NCBI GenBank assembly: GCA_002310235.1
Contig: DBYO01000001.1
Location: 912 to 64,911 of the forward strand
DNA: 64,000 nt
Direction of reading: 5' to 3'
DNA from: Bacteroidales bacterium UBA1184
GTDB taxonomy: Bacteria > Bacteroidota > Bacteroidia > Bacteroidales > ML635J-15
The notes below the pieces were generated by a model that was not told the DNA's origin, made no database searches, and saw nothing but the letters and a program-made list of their open reading frames with translations. A program made the position numbers and the translations under genes. This document shows positions 11,601 to 18,803 of the stretch, piece after piece. Numbering within the stretch: the first letter of the stretch is position 1; every line of letters starts with the position of its first letter.

Positions 11601-14600
11601 GCTTGTAATTGATGATAATTCGGCAAATTCTGATGGTGAAAATTATACATTCAACTATACACCAACAAGTTATAGGTCTGTAATATCCTATTATAGTAAT
11701 AGTGGCAATTACGGAAATACTAATATAAGCGGACATTCGAGAGTTTGCGATACAAATCGTCCTAATACTAAGTTCTGTATATATGAAGGTGCTGCATGTA
11801 CAATAGAATATAATACTGCTTCAACATGTACGGGAGTGTCGAATACAATTGCAAGTAGTCACGGTGTAACAGGTCATCCTATTTTTGTGACTAACGATAT
11901 TCCTTCTTGCAGTAAGGGTGTCTTCCTGAATTGGAATACTGAGCCCGATAATTCAGGTACTAGCTACGCTCCAGGTGATTTTATTTCACAAGGATCAAAT
12001 ATGACTCTTTATGCAATATACAGAATATGTGATTATGTTGATATTGTAAAAGCAGGCAATGCTACACAGGGTATTGCAGATGGAGGTGTTGACAGATTCG
12101 GAATTCAGAAGTTCAATGTATGTCAGGGTGAGACAATTGTACTAGAAGCCCAGAAGAAAGCCGGTGCTCCTGATAATATAACATTTTCGTGGGACGTAAA
12201 CCGTCACGATGGTCATGCACATGTTACAAGCGAGACCAATTCTGTATCGTACGTTGCTAATACTACTATGGGTCATGATATATTGCTTACCGTTGATGAT
12301 GGACACTATTGCAAGCAGGAGATTCCTCTGCGTGTATGGGTGTCGCATGGTCTTAGAATGGCATTGGACAACCCATCGGCTGGCGATATTTGCGTAGGTA
12401 ACGGCAAGGAGATTGTTGTAGGAGATCCTCGTTTTGTAGATGAGCCTATGATTGTGGTTAACAACGAGTCGTTGCAAATAAAGTCAACTCAGGGAGTGAC
12501 AAGTCCTAAATTTATTCCCGATGGTGTGGGAGAATGCTATACTTCGGATGTTACTTTTGCCGATTTCAAGGAAAATGCTGTGATTACTGATGCTTCAAAT
12601 ATCGATTATGTAAAAATTAATTTGGAGCACTCGCATATTGGTGATGTCCAGATTTCTCTTAAGTGCTATACTCCAAACTATCAGCCTAGAACAGCAATAT
12701 TGCTTCAGGATGCAAAAGGTACTTCTGGTGGAGGTCTTGACAATGCTACTTATGATTGGCCATATAATGTTATAAGATGCTATGCTAACTTTTATAGATA
12801 TCGTAACCCAGGATATGCTAATGGAACTTGTTCCCAAGGAACTTATGATGGACAGGTTACTATGAGAGTATTTGTCGGTTATGACAATACTGCCACTGGT
12901 ATTCGTCAGGAAGCTAAAGCTTTTGACAGGGGTATGACTACTCGTGAAATGCTTGCTCAGCTTCAGGCTATGATAAATTCGGGTAACAGACCTGCTGATT
13001 TCTGTTATGGTGGCTATTATTATAAGTTTGCTAGTTGGCAAAATATAACTTATAGAGAAGGAAATAACTCTACAGGAGGTTATGGTAATAGTACTCGCCA
13101 ATGGTACACAGAAGCAGCATCATTGGGCTTTGGTAAACCTAACATGCATGACGGGCTTGATAATTATATATCGACACCTAGCTACAATCCAACTGGTGTA
13201 GGTTTCGATTATTGCTGGTCGAATAGCGACACTTATCAGTATGCTTCTGCCGAAGGAAGTCTTATCGACAATTCAAATCATGAACGAGGCTATACAAATG
13301 CTTTGATAGTAACACCTTCTAACGCTACTAATGGAACACAATTCTATCATCCATATCAAAGTTTCCAGAGCCTTGTCGGTTGTAAACTCAATGGTGTATG
13401 GACTATTCAGATTTGTGACTCGTGGGGATTGGACAACGGCTATATCTTTAGTTGGGAGATTGGTTTGAAAGATATTGACGATAATGCATGGTCATACGAT
13501 ATACAACTGGTAGATTCTCACGTAGGTAGTTGTGGCGGGTTCGATTCTAGTGACGCTGATAATTCAGAAAACTTAGTAAGTGAAATAGATAACGAGCCGA
13601 ACTTCTTTATTCACCCGACAATTGCTAATTTGGCAAGCAACAATATAACCTTGCCTACTTATCCCGAATCTTTGACTCGCAGCTGCGAACTTACCCTTAT
13701 CGACAACATAGGTTGTGAGACTAGTGCAAATGCATTTACATATAATATTTCACAGCCAGCTATACCTAATATTTCCGAGCCAATTATTTGTTTGGGAGAG
13801 CAGGCTCATGTAGTTGCAAGCCTCGGAGGCCCTGAAGTAGCATCAGGAGATGAGTCGATATTCAAGTGGTGGACAATGCCTGAAGGTGAATCAAACTGGA
13901 CTGCTCTTACAGGACAAGGTGTTGCAAATCCAGTAAATGGTGTGACAAGAACAGAATTTTTCTATACACCTACTCATGCAGGCGATAGGTTTAGAGCTGA
14001 AATTTATGATGCTCATGGCTGCGGTGGTATCATTGATAATATCATTACAATAAATCTACCCGATATTCCAAATGCAGCAGACTATGACTATATATGGCAT
14101 GGCAAACATGTTGATGTAGAAAGTAATGTCTGGAATATAGTAGAGAACTGGTATGTAAACAATGGCGGATCGTATTCGGTTGCAAGTGCTTCGCTTCCAA
14201 CAAAGGACGATAATGTATATATTGGTGTAAATCAATGTTCTCCTAATCCTAATTTGACATTAAGTGAAAATGCTGTAGCAGGAAACCTTACTATTGGATC
14301 TGGTGCAGCGCTTACTATTCCTGCAGGAAAAACATTGAGTATAGCTGGTAACCTTGAAAATATTGGAACTCTGAATGCTAATGAAATTGTGGGAAATAGA
14401 AATAGTACGGTTTCATTCATTGGTTCTGATGATCAGTCAATAACAAACGCCCAGACGTTTGCAAATGTATCATTCAATCAGGAGAGCGTTCATAAAATTA
14501 CAGCTGATAATGGTATTACAATTAATAGAGATGCTTCTTTCACTATGGGTATTTTGACTGGAGATGCAACCTTTAACGACGGATCAAGGGTTACCACTGT

Positions 14601-15735
14601 TAATATGACACATAATAGTTATATTGACGGAACTGTGGTAAAGAAGGGCGATTCCGATAAGTTTACATTCCCGACAGGTAATGATGGCGTACTCGGCGCT
14701 TTCTCAGCTACGATTGAAAATAATATTCCGGAAGGTGTGTCTGTCAAGTTCAACCACAAAAATGGCGATGGAACCGATCAGACTGGCTTCTCTACCGAGG
14801 CTCCTGATTACTATCCTACTTGGTGGAGCGCAGGCGCTATGTGCGGTGAAAATGATCCACAGCTTGACCACGTAAGTAATTTTGAGTATTGGAAAGTTTA
14901 TGGTGTTAATGAAGGTGTTGTTTTGACCGACCTCACACTCAAGGTTGATGCCGACCATCCGACTCAGCATTTCCATGATGGTGTAAGTGATTATTCATCC
15001 AACCATATAGTTGCTGCAGCTCATTACGACTGCTGGAAGAACCTTGGCACGGTATCAACTACAGTTACTGGTACACATAATACTATAACGATAAGAAATA
15101 TTCAGACTATTCCACATACACGTAGTGGAGCATTCGATGGCTATGTAACCCTTGGATCTATCGACCGTGCTACATTGTTGCCTATCGAATTGAAATCGCT
15201 CTCTGCTAATTGCGACGGAAAGTCGGTTCTCGTGGAATGGACTACAGCTAGCGAACGCAACAACGATTACTTCTCGATTGAACGTTCCGACGATGCAATC
15301 AACTTCGTCGAGGTGGCACGCGTGGCAGGTGCTGGCAACAGCATTGAAACGCTCAACTACAGCTATACCGACTATGGCGTACATGGTGGCGACAACTATT
15401 ACCGCCTTGTACAAGTTGACTATGACGGCATGCGTTCGGTTTCGGAAATTGTGGTAGCCTTCTGTTTCGATGACAATGGCGAAGAGCCTGAGGTAATGGC
15501 TTACCCGAATCCGTTCAACAATGAACTTACTATCGAACTTGAAAACTTCGGCAACCGTCCTGCTCGTATCGATGTATTCGATATGCTTGGCAAGTTGGTT
15601 TACACCGAATCGGTCGATGAACCGCAGAATAGCTATAGTACGCTTCTGCAGTTCGGTGAGTTGCCTCCTTCGACCTACAATGTTCGAGTTTCAACTTCCG
15701 ACTTTGTAATAAACCGCAAGGTTGTGAAGAACTAA
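2614..15735 (+). CDS. Giant (4373 aa) T9SS-secreted modular surface protein/adhesin: 11 FN3, 2 GEVED, 3 cleaved-adhesin-like, 2 Big_2, 1 InlB B-repeat-like, a P-domain-like region and a type A CTD
   Basis: Signal-peptide-like AFA/QE at aa 75-79; CxxP...W...YxVxVRAxC FN3 repeats; WIDxNNxxxFE...GDYRMRI GEVED; WSSNDPRIATVDSDGVVT Big_2; FLNWNTEPDNSGTSY; C-terminal LPIEL...WTTASERNNDYFSIERS...YYRLVQVDYDG and YPNPF...DMLGK...Y...RKVVK. Confidence 0.92.
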   Translation: MKDFYGMRGNSTIMLGALGNNKASVCVSKEFDEKNTAEISKIGNITYENNLIAYKLRILFAMLAFCMTMVFGGKAFAQETLTVYDGEGTNSNVPVHGLWADAYLKCEFVIPADQLDDMINGTLSEMTFYLTSPASAAWTGTFQVFLNEVGESSISAFYGTDGATTVYTGTLDGTSSTMSIAFSDNYVYNGGNLLVGVYQTASGNYKSATFAGETVTGACVQGYSSSSLDAVSGSQRNFIPKTTFTYTPGAVSTCSRPTELAKSNLTARTVDLAWTNGADETAWQICINGDEDNLVDVTTNPYTLTSLNPETPYSVKVRANCGSEKSYWSNTVSFTTLPSCPVPTEIVCTGFTVTTATFSWTAGASEGEWNLQYKAATDADWTVVNDVTSPYTITGLTEETNYLVQVQAVCNVDDLSAWTSPVQVYTGYCQPAPTSRDGKGITGVSFGIGDDVVNNSDVNGLPEDAPYYGNYASMVGAVQAGVEATVSITYATGYDYGTIVWIDLNNNLTFEGNEVVYVGTSASANPTILNAKFTLPASTPIGDYRMRIAGADSYYNSNTGSIADAADANSCPTSTYTVVHDYTIRVLEAPSCLPPLALRATNIAARTANLVWIPSGSETAWQISISNAPGHEDIIDVTTNPYTLTNLTPSRVHTVKVRANCGDTDGVSAWSNSASFTTLEACPAPTALSAILTPGNGTIATLSWTEEGSATDWMLEYGTASDFSNAIPENVTGTPSINLTGLTAETTYYARVKSVCGGIDGESEWGDVISFETTDKIIIGTGNSTNGYLPTYTFYNYSLTQQIYTVAEIGNRAGAIYSVDFYCSGAVTRDLDIYMVATDKETFEGSSDWITATAADLVYSGPVTFAAGAWTTIELDNPYIYGGTHNVAIIVDDNTGSYETAPNFRTFDAASQAIRYYNDNDNQDPTAPTATGTNMNVKNQIRLFIGEPPACAKPTELTVTDIAIYNATFDWTAGGAEPDWNISYKADGDPDWTEVSHVSNHYTIYDFLPATRYELRVQANCPGGISVSDWSRAVTFTTLPTCPIPTNLAVAVTETSATVTWTPGYSETNWNLRYKLAGAAWTNVSDVESPYTITGLTADTHYEVQVQADCGSENSNWSGSYSFFTGYCQPNPTSIDNDGITNVTFGFGDNVVNNSEQLTTAPFYGNYSNLVGDVPVGIEATIGITYETHFDYGTIIWIDFNNNFVFDGDEVVYAGESSSVSPTTLNATFTLPETTPLGEYRMRIAGADTYYDNYTSSIAEAADANSCPTGTFIIIHDYTIRVIETPSCMSPTDVVATSTTTTTATVSWTENSPTPATNWVLQYSTNSDFSDSQTAEVSTNPAEITSLNDGTVYYVRVRAKCDVDNLSYWSNPASFVTECGYFTVDENHRYTEDFAGLTSVTFPRICWSQERTSEGTGYGSSYSEGAWTCYTSTQGTGSNPPMAQLRKSKDGSIHNLVTKALTMAAGNYVVSLRVYRNATSINYQEGINVYLSKTDDLVSDGNDALDLGFISRSYNTASVINSEILGTELATGWYYYDIPVTVGADGVYYVIFEGKCLNGDAIYMDDVVVMVAPTCPKPTDIIVTSTGTNEATIEWTAGGTETSWNLRYKTSNENSWTTINNITNPYTTITNLSAATSYVFQVQADCGGDYSDWTVSETFKTKYGIVFLEEFGTVMPNDWNQYSVKLSEVMNGSPLISANSGWSFGESNGVFGNHARVNIYGGTCYRWLTTPIIVMKPNVQLTFNLALTKFSGTLAPAVTGALDDKFVVLISTDEGATWTVLRQYDNVGSQYVYDDIALEGEDVAIDLTSYSNDEVIIAFYGESTEYNVDNNLHIDNVMLDYIPTCFKPTGLTVVSTDLNTATIEWTPSGDETRWQYSLNGSAWTDFENVTGTTPKTAIISGLTEATVYSIEVRAYCSDNFNDQSRPSLPVSFYTDLCAVGDMCEINYILNDSEGNGWEGNAIKVVDDLTNIVLDTWAVAGGESSATGSLSVCEGREIRFEWANGSSSSDCSYLVYDINGDEIFSGEDAMENAVSHIVDCTPLSCRRPRNLVVSNITANSAQISWEPNITISNIRTWQYSIDNGANWVDVSSESHANLTGLTESETYTVQVRTKCNIDEYSDPITASFVTGDMCEIRFELTDSYGDSWNGAAIRVTDDVTGEVLGTLTNLNLNGSSGSGENEVNIIYFPVRDGAEIAFNWISGNFDNETSYVVYDVNDDVIFSGSGAMPYPVTFTVNCPDCVRPNNLIATGVTTTGALLSWDAGSANHWIIEYSTHSDFSAGIVSEDVYVTPEKEYTGLVTDITYYFRVKAVCGVGEESDWSNVCEVIPSVCRRVGNGAAGNGELPSNTYYNYSFTQQIYSAAEIGPAGLMNGISFYNSGAARTRSLDVYVVYTSKTSFSGASDWITVTPEDMVFSGIITMASGQWTQIDFNDDHAIEYDGARNIAVIIDDNTGTYENTMSCLVFNAAGNQTLSLYSDGINYDPMNTSSYAGRLLSEKNQIRFCVESCEDRPGNIAFVNPSVRISVDGSVDLSSDTYFTNTTTVAGTTVQWSSNDPRIATVDSDGVVTAHSAGRAVITASLPSKTVGQTLYCAMQTEVAVIVDCNTMTPQCFDFDEYTGANREYHLDAGLPSCWRRIYTGKYEGGEPHAYKGYFAKDSVAIEITSGNYQLYGENFGYTNYVIMPYISGLENGGMVTFNAWWQYVDFGTLTLGYMTDPDDAATFVAVDDATPFLYNFGSAASGVNQISLPDNMPADAYIAFRWFCQTDYFSYSVAIDNVCVCSAVTGTFELTTVTGNALEGDQMKEGTTVVSIRDYLNTDIDLSTGNLTYSSLNPSIAIVDNDGVVTGTSVGEATIMVTFTPNEDGKCPRYAYFVVTVESESCKEIGDAISTTYTVPVNNNYNYTYTQILFKHDEINASGLITSISFQYANNSQMNAKNSVKLYLKEVNKNEFSNASDWILDVTESDLVYSGALNCAEGWNSFSFDEPFAYSGDKNLLLVIDDNSANSDGENYTFNYTPTSYRSVISYYSNSGNYGNTNISGHSRVCDTNRPNTKFCIYEGAACTIEYNTASTCTGVSNTIASSHGVTGHPIFVTNDIPSCSKGVFLNWNTEPDNSGTSYAPGDFISQGSNMTLYAIYRICDYVDIVKAGNATQGIADGGVDRFGIQKFNVCQGETIVLEAQKKAGAPDNITFSWDVNRHDGHAHVTSETNSVSYVANTTMGHDILLTVDDGHYCKQEIPLRVWVSHGLRMALDNPSAGDICVGNGKEIVVGDPRFVDEPMIVVNNESLQIKSTQGVTSPKFIPDGVGECYTSDVTFADFKENAVITDASNIDYVKINLEHSHIGDVQISLKCYTPNYQPRTAILLQDAKGTSGGGLDNATYDWPYNVIRCYANFYRYRNPGYANGTCSQGTYDGQVTMRVFVGYDNTATGIRQEAKAFDRGMTTREMLAQLQAMINSGNRPADFCYGGYYYKFASWQNITYREGNNSTGGYGNSTRQWYTEAASLGFGKPNMHDGLDNYISTPSYNPTGVGFDYCWSNSDTYQYASAEGSLIDNSNHERGYTNALIVTPSNATNGTQFYHPYQSFQSLVGCKLNGVWTIQICDSWGLDNGYIFSWEIGLKDIDDNAWSYDIQLVDSHVGSCGGFDSSDADNSENLVSEIDNEPNFFIHPTIANLASNNITLPTYPESLTRSCELTLIDNIGCETSANAFTYNISQPAIPNISEPIICLGEQAHVVASLGGPEVASGDESIFKWWTMPEGESNWTALTGQGVANPVNGVTRTEFFYTPTHAGDRFRAEIYDAHGCGGIIDNIITINLPDIPNAADYDYIWHGKHVDVESNVWNIVENWYVNNGGSYSVASASLPTKDDNVYIGVNQCSPNPNLTLSENAVAGNLTIGSGAALTIPAGKTLSIAGNLENIGTLNANEIVGNRNSTVSFIGSDDQSITNAQTFANVSFNQESVHKITADNGITINRDASFTMGILTGDATFNDGSRVTTVNMTHNSYIDGTVVKKGDSDKFTFPTGNDGVLGAFSATIENNIPEGVSVKFNHKNGDGTDQTGFSTEAPDYYPTWWSAGAMCGENDPQLDHVSNFEYWKVYGVNEGVVLTDLTLKVDADHPTQHFHDGVSDYSSNHIVAAAHYDCWKNLGTVSTTVTGTHNTITIRNIQTIPHTRSGAFDGYVTLGSIDRATLLPIELKSLSANCDGKSVLVEWTTASERNNDYFSIERSDDAINFVEVARVAGAGNSIETLNYSYTDYGVHGGDNYYRLVQVDYDGMRSVSEIVVAFCFDDNGEEPEVMAYPNPFNNELTIELENFGNRPARIDVFDMLGKLVYTESVDEPQNSYSTLLQFGELPPSTYNVRVSTSDFVINRKVVKN

Positions 15736-15769
15736 AGTAGCCTAAATAAACACACTAACAAATAGGTTT

Positions 15770-15809
15770 GGCATCCCGGTGTTCCCCGCATTCGGGATGT
15801 CTTTTTTTT
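15770..15809 (+). terminator. Intrinsic terminator of the giant gene
   Basis: GGCATCCCG...CGGGATGTC hairpin followed by T8. Confidence 0.85.
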
Positions 15810-15826
15810 GTATTCGTTTTTGTTTT

Positions 15827-15915
15827 TACGACAATTATGACAACCTATACAACTTTCAACCGTTTTGCATCTTGTCGTTATACTTACTCTTAACTTTCAA
15901 CTTTCAACTATTAAC
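15827..15915. repeat. Short-unit (9-mer then 7-mer) tandem repeats
   Basis: TACGACAAT/TATGACAAC/CTATACAAC and TCTTAAC/TTTCAAC/TTTCAAC/TATTAAC. Confidence 0.6.
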
Positions 15916-15916
15916 T

Positions 15917-15946
15917 AAAAAAGCTCCCCGTTTAGGAGAGCTTTTT
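15917..15946 (-). terminator. Terminator of ftcd (bidirectional form)
   Basis: AAAAAAGCTCCCC-GTTTA-GGAGAGCTTTTT hairpin flanked by A and T runs. Confidence 0.8.
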
Positions 15947-15967
15947 CGTATTGTTGAGTGATTTCCT

Positions 15968-17662
15968 TTAGCCGTTTATCTTCTGGTTGGCAATATCCAT
16001 CACTTCCTTTTCGATTGCGAGTGCGCGTTTTTCAATTTCTTCGCCCTTCTTCAGGATGTCGGCAACAAACTCCTTGTCGTTGTACGACTTGCAGTTTATC
16101 TTCACATTTAGGAATGCTCCCTGAACAGCCGACCTTGCTGCCAATGCTCCAACTCCTGCGTCGCTTATCGAAGCTTCAAGACCGTTCTTTGCCATTTCGA
16201 GCATTACCTGCATGCTTTCGCAGCTGAGGCTCATGGTCTTGAATGGAATTTCGATTGCGAACTTGGTTGCATCTTGGATTGCTTGTTTGCGACGTGCTTT
16301 TTCTTCGTCGTTCGACTTTGGCAGACCAAATGCATCCATAATCTTGTTGAATGCATTGGTGTCTTCGTCAACCATCTTAAGAAGCTCGTCGTGGTAGTAT
16401 TTGCCCTTTTCTGCCCAATCGCTGTAGTTTTTCCAGGTGTCATCGTTGCGGTGCTTGAGGGCGGTAAGGTTTGCCACCATTGTTCCCAGTGCTGCGCCGA
16501 GCGAACCCATATATGCTGAAATTGAACCTCCACCAGGAGCTGCTGATTCCGATGCAGTTGTGTGGCAGAATTTTACCAAGTCCATATCGATAAGTTTAGG
16601 CTTGTTGTCTTCGAGCATGTATTCAATAACGTTCTTCTTCGGGTCGAAAGGCTTAACATCGTTCAGACCGAGCGAGCGAACAGCAATCTTAATGAGTTCT
16701 TCGTCCGATACGCCGAGCGAGCGTCCTTGTTTCTGCAGGAAGTATTTACCAGCATCAAGCAAGGTCTTGAGTGGAGTTACACCAACAAGTTCAGAACCAG
16801 TGACGCGGATTCCGTGGGCAGCAGCGCGTTCGCAGACTGTGTCGAATGCTATGTGCAACGGAGTTACATCGATGTCGGTAAGGTTCATTGAAATCTGTGC
16901 GATTCCGTATTCCTCGATGTACCATCCTATTGCTTTAACCGATTTCAAAAGACCAGGGACATACACCTTGTTGCCGTTTTCATCGAGTACCGGCTTGCCG
17001 GTTACTGGGTGCCCTTCGCGCTTTACACGACCGCGTTCGCGAACGTCGTATGCGATAGAGTTGGCCTTGTTTACCGAAGTGGTGTTAAGGTTTACATTGA
17101 AAGCCACGAGGAAGTTGCGTGCGCCAACAGCTGTTGCTCCTGTGTGCATTACGCTATCGTTCCATTCACGTGGACCGAAATCTGGATGCCATTCTTCGCT
17201 ACCGATACGCTTTGCTAGGGCTTCGTATTCACCCGAGCGGCAGTTTGCAAGATTGCGGCGCTTTGGTTCGAATGCAGCGCTTTCGTAGCAGTAAACTGGA
17301 ATCGAAAGTTCTTCACCTATGCGTTTTGCAAGTTTACGAGCATATTCTACGGTTTGTTCCATAGTGATGTTCGACACTGGGATGAGCGGGCATACGTCGG
17401 TGGCGCCGAAGCGTGGGTGTGCACCGTGGTGTTTGCTCATGTCGATGAGTTCCGAAGCCTTCTTTACTGCAAGAAATGCAGCGTTGCATACATTTTCGGG
17501 CTCTCCAACAAAGGTTACTACTGTACGGTTGGTGGCTGCACCTGGGTCAACGTCGAGAAGTTTTATTCCTTCAACCGATTCTATTACATCGGTAATCTGT
17601 TTGATGACAGCCATATCGCGTCCTTCACTGAAATTAGGAACGCATTCAATTATCTGTTTCAT
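15968..17662 (-). CDS. ftcd: Bifunctional glutamate formimidoyltransferase / formimidoyltetrahydrofolate cyclodeaminase
   Basis: N-terminal ECVPNFSEGR, HPRFGATDVCP, GARNFLVAFNVNL; C-terminal cyclodeaminase SAAPGGGS and SDAGVG...GAFLNVKIN; start moved to MKQII. Confidence 0.95.
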   Translation of the reverse strand: MKQIIECVPNFSEGRDMAVIKQITDVIESVEGIKLLDVDPGAATNRTVVTFVGEPENVCNAAFLAVKKASELIDMSKHHGAHPRFGATDVCPLIPVSNITMEQTVEYARKLAKRIGEELSIPVYCYESAAFEPKRRNLANCRSGEYEALAKRIGSEEWHPDFGPREWNDSVMHTGATAVGARNFLVAFNVNLNTTSVNKANSIAYDVRERGRVKREGHPVTGKPVLDENGNKVYVPGLLKSVKAIGWYIEEYGIAQISMNLTDIDVTPLHIAFDTVCERAAAHGIRVTGSELVGVTPLKTLLDAGKYFLQKQGRSLGVSDEELIKIAVRSLGLNDVKPFDPKKNVIEYMLEDNKPKLIDMDLVKFCHTTASESAAPGGGSISAYMGSLGAALGTMVANLTALKHRNDDTWKNYSDWAEKGKYYHDELLKMVDEDTNAFNKIMDAFGLPKSNDEEKARRKQAIQDATKFAIEIPFKTMSLSCESMQVMLEMAKNGLEASISDAGVGALAARSAVQGAFLNVKINCKSYNDKEFVADILKKGEEIEKRALAIEKEVMDIANQKING

Positions 17663-17700
17663 TACGATACGTTTTAAAATTTTCCACAAAAATACAATAT

Positions 17701-17728
17701 TATTTATGATTTACGAAGTACGATTTTA
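17701..17728. repeat. 28-bp heptamer-based repeat, copy 1 (copy 2 at 25451-25478)
   Basis: TATTTATGATTTACGAAGTACGATTTTA versus TATTTACGATTTATGAAGTACGATTTTA (26/28 identical). Confidence 0.8.
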
Positions 17729-17790
17729 TGGTAGCTTTTTGAGATATTTTCAAATTAATAAACAGCAGTGTTCTTATATGAAGCGGCCAC

Positions 17791-17831
17791 AAAAAAACAA
17801 CAAATCCCAATCGCAGACGGACTGGGACTTG
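17791..17831 (-). terminator. Terminator of yceD-rpmF-plsX
   Basis: Minus strand CAAGTCCCAGTC...GATTGGGATTTG followed by TTGTTTTTTT. Confidence 0.75.
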
Positions 17832-17850
17832 CCATTTATGAAAAAGATTA

Positions 17851-18792
17851 TTATTTTATTATCGAAGCGATCTTTTCATGGAGTTTTGCAGCGGCTACAG
17901 CCTTAGTCTGAAGAATCATATTCTTGATAGCCTTGCCGTTGCTCTTGCCATGACCGATAATAACTGTTCCGTTTACACCGAGTGCTGGAGTGCCACCAAC
18001 ATTTTCATAGTTGTAGTTCTCGAAGAAAGGATCGTTTATGCCTCTCTGTCTCAATATGCTGTAGATTGATTCTGCATGCTTGAGGTAGATATTGCCTACA
18101 AATCCGTCGGTAACGATTACATCAACTTTGTTGGTGTCGGAGCAATCACCACCTTCAATATTGCCAATGAAGTTGATGTTGTCGAGTTCCTTCAGCAACT
18201 TGTAGGTTGCCTTGGCTGTAAGGTTACCCTTGCCTTCTTCGGAACCGATGTTAAGTAAACCGATTCTCGGGTTTTCTATTCCCATTACATATTTGGCGTA
18301 TGCGCTACCAATCTGAGCATATTGTACCAACACTTCGGGCTTCGGGTCGGCGTTGAGACCTACATCGAGGATGAGGTTGTTGCCTCCTTTATTGTTTGGG
18401 CAAATCGACGACAAGCAAGGTCTGATGATACCATCGAGAACGCCAATTACCTGAGTTGCACCAACCATCATAGCACCAGTGTTGCCAGCGCTTGCAAAGC
18501 CGTCAATGATTCCTTGTTTGAGGTAGAAAAAACCCTTTACGATCCCCGAATCCTTCTTTTCTCGGAAGGTTTTCACGGGGTCGTCGCCCATTGCGAATGT
18601 TTCGGAGCAGTTAACAATTTCAAAAACACCAGCATCGACGCTGCGATTGGCGAAATACTTACGGATGTACTCTTCGTTGCCGAAGAGAAACAACTTATCG
18701 TCCTTGTCCAAAACTTCTAAAGCAAGGGTAGCTCCTTCCAGAACTGCATCTGGTGCGAAGTCCCCGCCTTGTATGTCAACACCAATGTTCAT
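17851..18792 (-). CDS. plsX: Phosphate acyltransferase PlsX
   Basis: IGVDIQGGDFAP, SAGNTGA, LLNIGSEEGKG, VTDGFVGN, IGHGKS; follows rpmF. Confidence 0.96.
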   Translation of the reverse strand: MNIGVDIQGGDFAPDAVLEGATLALEVLDKDDKLFLFGNEEYIRKYFANRSVDAGVFEIVNCSETFAMGDDPVKTFREKKDSGIVKGFFYLKQGIIDGFASAGNTGAMMVGATQVIGVLDGIIRPCLSSICPNNKGGNNLILDVGLNADPKPEVLVQYAQIGSAYAKYVMGIENPRIGLLNIGSEEGKGNLTAKATYKLLKELDNINFIGNIEGGDCSDTNKVDVIVTDGFVGNIYLKHAESIYSILRQRGINDPFFENYNYENVGGTPALGVNGTVIIGHGKSNGKAIKNMILQTKAVAAAKLHEKIASIIK

Positions 18793-18803
18793 AATTCTTT
18801 ATA

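Noticed and set aside
2614-15735. Diversity-generating retroelement target or polymorphic toxin
   Set aside because: No reverse transcriptase, no near-identical TR/VR pair differing at adenines, no toxin tip and no immunity gene; the C-terminus is a standard T9SS CTD.
16437-17906. Long antisense ORFs over ftcd, and similar ones over dnaB, nptA and the SpoIIE gene
   Set aside because: They are codon-bias shadows of well-supported genes on the opposite strand and have no recognisable motifs.
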